A stretch of 64,000 nucleotides of DNA from Myxococcota bacterium (GTDB lineage Bacteria > Myxococcota_A > Polyangia > Palsa-1104 > JAEUJZ01). The first letter of the stretch is position 1, and each line of letters opens with the position of its first letter. The notes beneath the pieces are model-generated. The model saw only the letters and a list, made by a program, of their open reading frames with translations. It was not told the origin of the DNA and searched no databases. The DNA is taken from assembly GCA_025057315.1 (NCBI GenBank), contig JANWXW010000079.1, positions 3,434 through 67,433 of the forward strand, in the 5' to 3' direction. Positions 43,258 to 51,940 of this stretch are shown in pieces. The translations under genes were made by a program, and so were the position numbers.

Positions 43258-43785
43258 ATGGTAGGCTCACCCAGAAGGCTGGCCATCCTGAGCGAGGAGA
43301 CCGTGCAGCGCGGAGCTGCCTCCGAAGAGGACAACCCCTACTGGGAGCTGGAGGAGCCCCCGCCACACCCAGACCCGGCACGGGGCTGCATTCGCCGTGG
43401 GCTGTGCTGCAAGTCGAGCCCCGGCTGGTTTGCTCCGGGCGAGGTTGAGCGAGCAGCTGCTCTTGTGGGGCTGAGCCCGGATGCATTTGTGCGCGCCTAC
43501 GTCGTCATCGACCAGGTCGAGATAGAGGGGCAGCGCGTCGAGGCCTTTGTGCCGGTCAAGGTCGGCCGCGATGGCCTGCCTCTGCATCAGCCGGGAACGC
43601 GGGTCGATCGTCTGTACCGCATGCTACGCAGCCCATGCATCTTCTATGATGGCCAGGGCTGTCGCATCTATCCTGCCCGGCCGATCGAGTGCCGCCGCTA
43701 CGTCTGCACGCAGGCGCCGGAGGACAACTTGTCTCATGAGGAGATCGGGCGCATGTGGCTGAGCGGGACGGTGCCTTCAGAGTAG
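43258..43785 (+). CDS. YkgJ-family Cys-cluster (putative Fe-S/Zn) protein
   Basis: Motifs CIRRGLCCKSSPGWF and CIFYDGQGCRIYPARPIECRRYVC are characteristic of YkgJ/UPF0153. The start is 2 nt after the pmbA stop. Confidence 0.7.
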   Translation: MVGSPRRLAILSEETVQRGAASEEDNPYWELEEPPPHPDPARGCIRRGLCCKSSPGWFAPGEVERAAALVGLSPDAFVRAYVVIDQVEIEGQRVEAFVPVKVGRDGLPLHQPGTRVDRLYRMLRSPCIFYDGQGCRIYPARPIECRRYVCTQAPEDNLSHEEIGRMWLSGTVPSE

Positions 43786-43799
43786 GCTATGTTGGGGGA

Positions 43800-44255
43800 A
43801 TGGATATCCCTCACGTAGAAGACTTCGCGCCGCTGCTCAACCAGGCTCTCGACGGCTGGCTCCGCGCCATGGAGGTCCGATTCGTCCGTGCGACTGCGGA
43901 CGAGGTGATCGCGGAGTGGGATGTCGCCGCCCAGCACCGACAAGCATACGGCCTCGTGCACGGCGGCGTGCATGCGGGCGTGGCAGAGAGCATCGCATCG
44001 GTCGGCGCGGCGCTGTATGCCATGCCCCATGGTCTGTCCGTCGTAGGGCTGGAAAATCACACCTCCTTCGTGCGGGCCGTCCGACAAGGGCGTTTGTCCG
44101 CGACGGCGCGACCTCTGCACCGCGGACGCAGGACCCAGCTGTGGGAGGCTGCCATTCAGGATGCGCAGGGGCGCTTGGTGGCCACATCCCGCGTGCGGCT
44201 CCTGTGCCTGGAGGCCGGCACCGAGGTGGCAGGGGAGAAGCTCAGCTTGGGCTGA
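43800..44255 (+). CDS. PaaI/YbgC-type hotdog-fold thioesterase
   Basis: Motif GLVHGGVHAGVAESIASVGAAL is typical of PaaI-family thioesterases. ~150 aa. Confidence 0.7.
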   Translation: MDIPHVEDFAPLLNQALDGWLRAMEVRFVRATADEVIAEWDVAAQHRQAYGLVHGGVHAGVAESIASVGAALYAMPHGLSVVGLENHTSFVRAVRQGRLSATARPLHRGRRTQLWEAAIQDAQGRLVATSRVRLLCLEAGTEVAGEKLSLG

Positions 44256-44601
44256 GCGGGGGGCGATCCACTCCAGCAGCGATGGGCTCGGGACCACCGG
44301 AGGCAGGCCTGTTCGTTGCTTTCGCGGGGCTGCAGCGCACCGCAAACCGGTCTGACAATGGTTCGACCATGATCGCATGCATGTCTCTGGGTTGCCCCTG
44401 ACACGGCCCAATTGATCCTACATTTCCACCGCTTATGTCTGTGGCCGGGCAATTCGAGGGGAAGAGGCCATTTGTCGCCCCCCTTCCTGTTTTTACTTTA
44501 AGTATTTATCTGGCTTTTCTTCTGCTGGGGGAAGCGGGTAGGATGCTGCGCATCAGGCGCAGCCTGATAAGGCCCCTAACTTCACATTGCAGGAGGGCTA
44601 G

Positions 44602-47600
44602 ATGGAACGTCCTACACGGCTTCTGTGGCTATTGCCCGCGCTGATGCTCGCCTGCGGCCAGGTTGACGAGAGCAAACCGGGTACGCAGCCAAGTGGAGCT
44701 AGGTCATCGCCCCTCGGTACGACCAAGACGGTGTGGGTGATCATGAAGCGCCAGGCCAACCTGCGCGCGGCACACACCATCAAGGACTGGAAGGCGCGCG
44801 GCGAGTACGTCGTCGCACAGCTGCGAGGGGAGGCGGTCACAGCACAGGCAGGCGTACAATCTCTGCTCGCGCTCCGAGGCGCCAAGTACGAGAGCTTCTG
44901 GATCGTCAACGCGCTGAAGGTGACGGCCGACCAGGAGACGATCGCCGCGGTGTCGCAGCACCCTGACGTGGCGGCCGTCGTCGCCGATCAGACCTTTACC
45001 ATCCCGCAGCCGATCCGCAGCAAGCCCCTGCCGAAGACCGATACAGTAGAGTGGAATCTGACCAACATCCGTGCCCCGCTGGCTTGGTCGACCTTTGGCG
45101 CCCGCGGCCAGGGTGTGGTGGTCGCCAACATCGACACCGGCGTGGCTTATACCCACCCAGCGCTGGTCATGAAGTACCGAGGCCGGCGCCCGGACGGTAC
45201 CTTCGACCACAACTACAACTGGTTCGACCCTGCCAACATCTGCGGCGGTGTGCCCTGCGACAATGCCGAGCATGGCACCCACACCATGGGCACCATGGTC
45301 GGCGACGACGGCGATCCGGGCCCGAACCAGATTGGCGTCGCCCCGGCGGCCAAGTGGATCGCAGCCAAGGGCTGCGAGAGCAACTCCTGCTCCGCCTCAT
45401 CGCTGCTGGCCTCGGGACAGTGGATCCTCGAGCCGCGCGACTCCAACGGTCAGAATCCGCGTCCGGACCTCCGTCCCCACGTCGTGAACAACTCCTGGGG
45501 CGGCGGCCCCAACAATCCCTGGTATCAGCAGGTGGTTCAGGCCTGGGTGGCGGCGGGCATCTTCCCCGTGTTTTCCAATGGCAACGGGGGACCGGCCTGT
45601 GGCAGCTCGGGCTCGCCTGGCGACTACCCCGAAAGCTACTCGGTGGGGGCTTACGACATCAACAACAACATCGCCTCGTTCTCGGCGCGTGGCCCGTCGC
45701 CCTTTGGCGGGATCATCAAGCCGAACATCGCCGGCCCGGGCGTCAACGTCCGCAGCAGCGTCCCCGGCGGCGGCTACGAGAGCTTCAGCGGCACCTCGAT
45801 GTCTGCGCCCCATGTGGCCGGTACGGTGGCGCTGGTCTTGTCTGTGGCTCCGTCCCTCATCGGTGACATCCCCGGCATTCGTGCTCTGCTCGATAGGACC
45901 GCGGTGGATGTAAACGACACGAGCTGCGGCGGGACCCCGGCCAACAACAACGTCTGGGGCCAGGGGCGGCTGGATGCATTCGCCGCGGTGGACAACGCCC
46001 CGCGCGGCCCGACGGGGACCTTGGCTGGCACTGTGCGGAGCGGTGGGAGCCCCATCCCCGGTGCTCAGGTGCGGGCCCAGGGACCCAGCACTCGCCTGAC
46101 CGAAACCGACGACGCCGGCGCCTACAGCATGCTGCTGCCGGTGGGAACCTATTCCGTCACGGCCAGCGCCTTTGGGTACATCCCGCAGACGGTCGGCGGC
46201 GTCAACATCGTGCAGGACTCCACCACCACGCTGAACTTCTCGCTTGTGTCTGCCCCACGCCACAATGTGAGCGGCACGGTCCGGGACAACAATGGAAACC
46301 CCCTGGCCGGAGTGCGCATCACCGTGCTGAACACTCCTCTCCCCTCGGTCACGACCGGGGCCGATGGCCGCTACTCCATCCCGGGCGTGCCCGTGGGCAC
46401 CTATCAGGTGTCGGCTGTGGGCAGCCGCTGCTTCCAGGGCCAGACCGCGGAGCTCGTGGTGGACGGGCCGGAGACCCTTGACTTCACGCTGCCGCAGCGG
46501 CGTGACAGCTTCGGCTACTTCTGCGTGAGCGCCCCCTTCAATTACATCGAGGCCAATACCCCCATCTCGCTCAGCGGCGACGATGCCTCGACGCCCGTGA
46601 CGCTGCCCTTCCCGTTTGTTCACTACGGGCAGACCTACACCACGGCACATGTGTCGACCAACGGCTTCCTAAACTTCCTGGGGCCCAACGCTTCCTTCTC
46701 CAACACCACGATTCCCAACACTTCCCCACCCAACGCAGCCATCTACCCGTTCTGGGATGATCTCATCGTCGATGGCAACTCTAGCGTTCGCACGGCGACC
46801 ATTGGCTCTGCGCCCAACCGCAAGTTCGTCATCGAGTGGCGCAACGTTCGCTTCTTTAGCAACGCCAGCAAGCGCCTCGACTTCGAGGTCGTGCTCCATG
46901 AGAACGGGCACATCCTCATGCAGTACCGCAACATTGCCAACGATGCGGAGGAGATGGGCAGCTCGGCCACCATCGGCATCGAGGACCACACCGGTACGGT
47001 GGCCCTCCAGTACGCCAGCGGGGAGGCCGCCATCGAGAACAACTCGGCGACGCTGTACCGGCTGCCGCCCTCGGGCTTCATCCAGGGCAGCATCACCGAC
47101 GCCAACGATGGACGTCCAGTCCGTGGGGCGCAGATCCGCGCGCTGCAAAACGGCGAGCAGATTCGTACCACCCAGTCGGCTGCAGATGGGACCTACCGAC
47201 TCCAGGTGCCGGTGGGCTCCTACACCATCGAGGCTTCGGCCAGCAACTATAGCGTCGAGACAGCGACGGCCAACGTGGAAGAGGATGCCCAGGTCATCCG
47301 CAACTTCGCGCTGCGCACACCACGCGCTGAGGCCCGGCCCGGGGCGCTGCAGCTCATCGTGCCACAGGGCAGGCAGCGCCGCCGCATCATCACGCTGCGC
47401 AACACCGGAACGCTGGAGATGACCTGGCAGCTTGGCGAGAGCGGCGGTCGGCCGGCAGCGACGGTCTCCAACATGGACAAGAAGCGCAACCCAGATGCCG
47501 ATCCCAATGCCCGCGACACCCGGGGTCTGTTCGCCGGTGAGGTTCACGCCGGCTGGAGGCCCGATGCGCCTGGCGACATCATCCGCTCCTTCCCGCCGGT

Positions 47601-48936
47601 CGGACTGGCGCTCGCCTGGGGCGTCGGCTACACGGGCAATGTCTGGCTGTCGGATGTGCCCAACAACCGGCGCAACCACGAGTTCACGCCCCAGGGCTCT
47701 CCCACCGGTCGCAACTGGCCGACCCCGTGGGCGGGCGCCTGGCCCGGCGACATGGCATGGGATTCGCGCCACAACGCCATGTGCCAGGTCAATGTCGGTG
47801 GCGACAACGGCATCTACTGCTGGGACATCGCCACGGGCAACGTCACTGGCAGCATCACCGGGGCGTTCCCCTGGACCAGCACCTCGCAGCGCGGCCTGGC
47901 CTACCGTCCCGACGATGATAGCTTCTACATCGGCGGGTGGAACCAGGGCACGATCTATCACATCAAGGGCCTGTCACACGCCGACAAGGGCGCCGTCATC
48001 GACAGCTGCCGCCCGGCCGACGGGAGCATCTCCGGCCTGGCCTACAACCCGGCGTCGGAGACGCTGTGGGTGGCGACCAACAGCCAGACGGACACGATGT
48101 ATCAGCTCAACCCGGCTGACTGCACGGTCCTGTCCACGCTGGCCCACCCCACGCCCGGCTTTAAGGGCGCGGGCATGGAGATGGCCGAGGACGGCAACCT
48201 GTGGATCATCAGCCAGAGCCCGAACATGGTCTACCTCATCGACAGCGGCGTGCCGGCCTTCAACGACGTGCCGTGGATGAACGTCTCGCCCACCCGCGGC
48301 ACCCTGCCGCCGGGCGCCAGCGTGAACATCGAGGTCTCGGTGGACACGACCGGCCTCAACGTGGGCACCTATTTGGCAGCGCTGTTCATCCGTAGCAACA
48401 GCGCCCGGGAGTCCTCGATGCGCATCCCGGTGAGCCTCATCGTGCCCCAGTTCCAGAAGGGCGTAAACTCCGGCAGCAGCGTCACCTACGTCGATCACCT
48501 GGGCGACCCCTGGGTTCGCGACAAGATGTACCGTCCAGGCGACTGGGGTTACCTGCGGGAGAATGGGAACTATGTTACCCATCTTCCAATCCGTGGCACG
48601 GTCGATCAGGCGCTGTTCCGCACCCAGCGGGTGGACCCGTATGCCTACCGATTCGACGGGCTGCCCAATGGCATGTACAGCGTGGAGCTGAGGTTCGCCG
48701 AGCTGGAAGACACTCCGCCAGGTGAGCGGCTGTTTGATGTCATCGTCCAGAACCAGCTGGTGCTGCCGGCGTACGACATCGCCTTCTCGGTGGGCAACCT
48801 GACCGCGGACTACCACACCTTCTTCGTGCCCGTCACAAACGGTCGGCTGGACGTGCGCTTCATCCCGCGCGGCTTCCTCTACCCGCCGCCGGTGATCAAC
48901 TCGATTCGCGTCACCCACCGTCCAGACCGCCAATAG
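44602..48936 (+). CDS. large secreted S8 subtilisin-family protease with CarbopepD_reg-like repeats, a beta-propeller-like region and a C-terminal malectin-like domain (1444 aa)
   Basis: Lipobox LMLACGQ. S8 triad motifs VANIDTG, HGTHTMGT and GTSMSAPHVAG. The malectin-like C-terminus reads YSVELRFAELE...RLFDVIVQNQLVL. Confidence 0.85.
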   Translation: MERPTRLLWLLPALMLACGQVDESKPGTQPSGARSSPLGTTKTVWVIMKRQANLRAAHTIKDWKARGEYVVAQLRGEAVTAQAGVQSLLALRGAKYESFWIVNALKVTADQETIAAVSQHPDVAAVVADQTFTIPQPIRSKPLPKTDTVEWNLTNIRAPLAWSTFGARGQGVVVANIDTGVAYTHPALVMKYRGRRPDGTFDHNYNWFDPANICGGVPCDNAEHGTHTMGTMVGDDGDPGPNQIGVAPAAKWIAAKGCESNSCSASSLLASGQWILEPRDSNGQNPRPDLRPHVVNNSWGGGPNNPWYQQVVQAWVAAGIFPVFSNGNGGPACGSSGSPGDYPESYSVGAYDINNNIASFSARGPSPFGGIIKPNIAGPGVNVRSSVPGGGYESFSGTSMSAPHVAGTVALVLSVAPSLIGDIPGIRALLDRTAVDVNDTSCGGTPANNNVWGQGRLDAFAAVDNAPRGPTGTLAGTVRSGGSPIPGAQVRAQGPSTRLTETDDAGAYSMLLPVGTYSVTASAFGYIPQTVGGVNIVQDSTTTLNFSLVSAPRHNVSGTVRDNNGNPLAGVRITVLNTPLPSVTTGADGRYSIPGVPVGTYQVSAVGSRCFQGQTAELVVDGPETLDFTLPQRRDSFGYFCVSAPFNYIEANTPISLSGDDASTPVTLPFPFVHYGQTYTTAHVSTNGFLNFLGPNASFSNTTIPNTSPPNAAIYPFWDDLIVDGNSSVRTATIGSAPNRKFVIEWRNVRFFSNASKRLDFEVVLHENGHILMQYRNIANDAEEMGSSATIGIEDHTGTVALQYASGEAAIENNSATLYRLPPSGFIQGSITDANDGRPVRGAQIRALQNGEQIRTTQSAADGTYRLQVPVGSYTIEASASNYSVETATANVEEDAQVIRNFALRTPRAEARPGALQLIVPQGRQRRRIITLRNTGTLEMTWQLGESGGRPAATVSNMDKKRNPDADPNARDTRGLFAGEVHAGWRPDAPGDIIRSFPPVGLALAWGVGYTGNVWLSDVPNNRRNHEFTPQGSPTGRNWPTPWAGAWPGDMAWDSRHNAMCQVNVGGDNGIYCWDIATGNVTGSITGAFPWTSTSQRGLAYRPDDDSFYIGGWNQGTIYHIKGLSHADKGAVIDSCRPADGSISGLAYNPASETLWVATNSQTDTMYQLNPADCTVLSTLAHPTPGFKGAGMEMAEDGNLWIISQSPNMVYLIDSGVPAFNDVPWMNVSPTRGTLPPGASVNIEVSVDTTGLNVGTYLAALFIRSNSARESSMRIPVSLIVPQFQKGVNSGSSVTYVDHLGDPWVRDKMYRPGDWGYLRENGNYVTHLPIRGTVDQALFRTQRVDPYAYRFDGLPNGMYSVELRFAELEDTPPGERLFDVIVQNQLVLPAYDIAFSVGNLTADYHTFFVPVTNGRLDVRFIPRGFLYPPPVINSIRVTHRPDRQ

Positions 48937-48950
48937 CCCTCTCCCTGCCG

Positions 48951-49047
48951 CCGGACCTCGCCGCGTCCGGCGCCGCCCCTGTCTTCCCCTCATTCCGTCG
49001 ATCCTGGAGAGATTGAACCAGCTCCCTGGTCCCCCGGGGGGGCCCCC
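48951..49047. terminator. GC-rich hairpins between the convergent S8 protease and polA: CCGGAC-n8-GTCCGG at 48951-48970 and palindromic CCCCCGGGGG(GGCCCCC) at 49031-49047
   Basis: Read directly. The first hairpin starts 15 nt after the protease stop. Confidence 0.3.
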
Positions 49048-49118
49048 TCTGCCTTTCTGCGGGCCGAGGTGCCATGCGGCCCTGCCCCCGACCCACGCCG
49101 GCCAGGGTAGCGGTCTGC

Positions 49119-51836
49119 TCAACTGCAGTCAGCCCAGTTGGGCCCCATGCCCACATCGACACGAAGCGGCACGTTGAGCTGGAGGGCTCCCTCCATGGCC
49201 TCGCGCACCAGCGCGGCAGCAGTGGGCGCTCGCGCCTGCTCGGCCTCCAGCACCAGCTCATCGTGGACTGTCAGCAGCATCCGTGTTCCGGCCACTTCTG
49301 GACTGGAGTCCAAGCGGCGCTGCACAGCGATCATGGCCAGCTTGAGGATGTCTGCCGCGGTGCCCTGAAGGGGCGTGTTTTTCGCCATGCGCTCGGCATA
49401 GGCCCGCGCCTGGTAGTTGCGCGCATGGATGTCTGGCAATGGGCGGAAGCGCCCCAGGACCGTGCGTGCGCCGCCCTCGGTCCGCGCCCGCTCGACCAGC
49501 TCGTTTAGGAAGGTGTAGACCCTGCTGTAACGTGCAAAGTAGCTCTCGATGTATCGCTTCGCCTCGCTGCGCTCGATGCCTAGCCGGGTGGCCAGCCCGT
49601 AGTCGGTCAGCCCATAGATGATGCCGTAGTTGATCATCTTGGCTGCACGGCGCATCTCCGGCCGCCGCCCCGCCTCGCCAAAGACCTCGACCGCGGTGCG
49701 CTCGTGCACATCCTGGCCACGCTGGAAGGTCTCGACCAGGAGCGGATCGCCCGACAGGTGCGCCAGCACCCGCAGCTCGATCTGCGAGTAGTCCGCGGTG
49801 ATCAACAGATGCCCGGGCGGAGCGATGAAGGCACGGCGAATGGCCTGGCCCAGCTCGCTGCGGATGGGCACGTTCTGAAGGTTCGGCTCCGTCGAGGAGA
49901 GCCGACCCGTTGCGGCCACGGTCTGCTGGTAGCTGGTGTGCAGGCGCCCGGTGCGTGGGTCGACGAGCTGCGGCAGTTGATCAATATACGTATTTTTCAG
50001 CTTGAGCAGCCCTCGGTGCTCATGGATTCGAGCAGCGATGGGGTGTAGCTCTGCCAGCTGCTCCAACACCTCGGCATCTGTGGACAGTCCGGTCTTGGTT
50101 TTCTTCACCGGAGGCAACCCCAGCTTCTCGAAGAGCAGCTCCTGCAGCTGCTTGGGCGAGGACAGGTTGACCTCGTAGCCGGCCTCCTGCTGCACCGCCC
50201 TCTCCAGGGCCCGCACCTGGGCTGCCACTTGCTCCGAGAGACGGTACAGAACCGTGGCGTCGAGCAGGACGCCGTGCTGCTCAATTGTCGCCAGCACCCG
50301 CGCCAGCGGCAGCTCCACCTCATCGAGCAACTTGCGTCCTGCCGCATCCAGCCGCTCACGCAGCGTAGGACCCAACAGCAGCGCCGTCATCGCCTCGGCC
50401 CCGGCCATCTCGGCCACCTGGGCAATCTCTACCGCCTCCAGCGCTACTGCGCGCTTTCCCCTAGGCGCCACCTCTGCGCGTGAGGGCAACGACAGCCCTA
50501 GGTGCTTGCGAGCCAGCGCAGGCAGGCTATGGTCCTGGGCAGGATCAAGAAGATAAGAGCACAATGCTGGGTCTGCCAAGATGCCCCGAAGAGACAGGCC
50601 GACTCGATCTAGGGCCAGCAGCGCGTCCTTGGCTCCGCAGACAAACTTTGGCACCTGCTCATCGGCCAGCAGTGGCCCCAGAGCGGCGACCACGCGCGAC
50701 GGTTCCAGCTGGGGCGGCGCACCGAGGTAGCGATGCCCCATGGGGATATAGGCCGGGGGCATGTCCCTGACAGACAGGGCCACTCCGCACAGCGGTGCCG
50801 TACGTGCAGCATGGGGATCGGTACCACCTATCTGCACCGAGAGGCCGAGGCCATCTCCCGCGCGGGCGCGCAGCGCGGCTGCCAGCTCGATCAGGCTGGC
50901 CTCCTCGGTCACCACCTGGCTGGGGCGCGCGGCCGGCACGGCCGTGGCGGTCACCGACGGTGCTCCCCGCGGGGAAAGCTGGGCGAGCAACCGCTGGAAC
51001 TCCAGCTCGCGCAGCACCTCGGCCAGCTGCTCATGATGCAGATCGCCACAGCGCAGCTGCTCCAACGTCACATCAAGCGCCACGTCCTCATCCAGGGCCA
51101 CCAGACGCCGGGCCAGGCGGACGCTCTGCTCATGCTCTTTGAGCAAGGCGCGGATGCGGTCCGCGCCGCGCACCTGGATTCTGTCCAGGTGCCGATATAG
51201 CTCATCAATGGAACCAAACTGCCGGATGAGCTGGGCCGCGGTCTTGGGGCCGATGCCGGGCACACCGGGCACGTTGTCGCTGGCATCGCCCATGAGCGCC
51301 AGCAGATCGCCTAGCTGCTCGGGGGGCACGCCGAACTTCTCCTCCACCTCAGCAGGCCCATAGAGGCGCCCCTGCCCACCCTCCTTCATCGTATCGTAGA
51401 CCACAACGTTTGGGCCGCACAGCTGCATCAGGTCTTTATCCGACGACACGATGACCACCCGCAGCCCTGCTTCACGACCCCGCCGCGCCAGGGTCGCCAG
51501 CACATCGTCTGCCTCGGCATCTCTTGCGTCGAGAACTTGAATTCCCATTGCCTGAACCACTCGACGGGCCAGGTCAAACTGTGGCCGCAGGTCCTCTGGG
51601 CACTCGGCCCGATTGGCCTTGTACTGTGGGAAAACCTCCGCCCGGACGGAGCGACCTCCGGCATCGAAGACCACGGCCAAATGGCTGGGCCGCTGCTCGC
51701 CGACGAGCTTCAGGAGCATGCTGGTAAACCCAAAGACCGCGCCGGTGGGCGTGCCCGCGCTGGTGCTCATCGGGGGCAACGCATGATAGGCGCGAAAGAG
51801 GAAGTTCGAACCGTCGACGAGATAGAGGGTGTCCAC
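49119..51836 (-). CDS. polA: DNA polymerase I
   Basis: 905 aa. The N-terminus MDTLYLVDGSNFLFRAYHALPP marks the 5'-3' exonuclease domain. The 3'-5' exo/Klenow core and polymerase motifs follow at the C-terminus. Confidence 0.95.
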   Translation of the reverse strand: MDTLYLVDGSNFLFRAYHALPPMSTSAGTPTGAVFGFTSMLLKLVGEQRPSHLAVVFDAGGRSVRAEVFPQYKANRAECPEDLRPQFDLARRVVQAMGIQVLDARDAEADDVLATLARRGREAGLRVVIVSSDKDLMQLCGPNVVVYDTMKEGGQGRLYGPAEVEEKFGVPPEQLGDLLALMGDASDNVPGVPGIGPKTAAQLIRQFGSIDELYRHLDRIQVRGADRIRALLKEHEQSVRLARRLVALDEDVALDVTLEQLRCGDLHHEQLAEVLRELEFQRLLAQLSPRGAPSVTATAVPAARPSQVVTEEASLIELAAALRARAGDGLGLSVQIGGTDPHAARTAPLCGVALSVRDMPPAYIPMGHRYLGAPPQLEPSRVVAALGPLLADEQVPKFVCGAKDALLALDRVGLSLRGILADPALCSYLLDPAQDHSLPALARKHLGLSLPSRAEVAPRGKRAVALEAVEIAQVAEMAGAEAMTALLLGPTLRERLDAAGRKLLDEVELPLARVLATIEQHGVLLDATVLYRLSEQVAAQVRALERAVQQEAGYEVNLSSPKQLQELLFEKLGLPPVKKTKTGLSTDAEVLEQLAELHPIAARIHEHRGLLKLKNTYIDQLPQLVDPRTGRLHTSYQQTVAATGRLSSTEPNLQNVPIRSELGQAIRRAFIAPPGHLLITADYSQIELRVLAHLSGDPLLVETFQRGQDVHERTAVEVFGEAGRRPEMRRAAKMINYGIIYGLTDYGLATRLGIERSEAKRYIESYFARYSRVYTFLNELVERARTEGGARTVLGRFRPLPDIHARNYQARAYAERMAKNTPLQGTAADILKLAMIAVQRRLDSSPEVAGTRMLLTVHDELVLEAEQARAPTAAALVREAMEGALQLNVPLRVDVGMGPNWADCS

Positions 51837-51940
51837 GGCGGCACTGTATCATGCCGCCAGGGCCGGCCGTTCGGCAGAGCTGCTCATGCGTGCTACCCTT
51901 ACGCATTGCAGTGCCTGAAGACCGCCGCATACGGCCGCTG

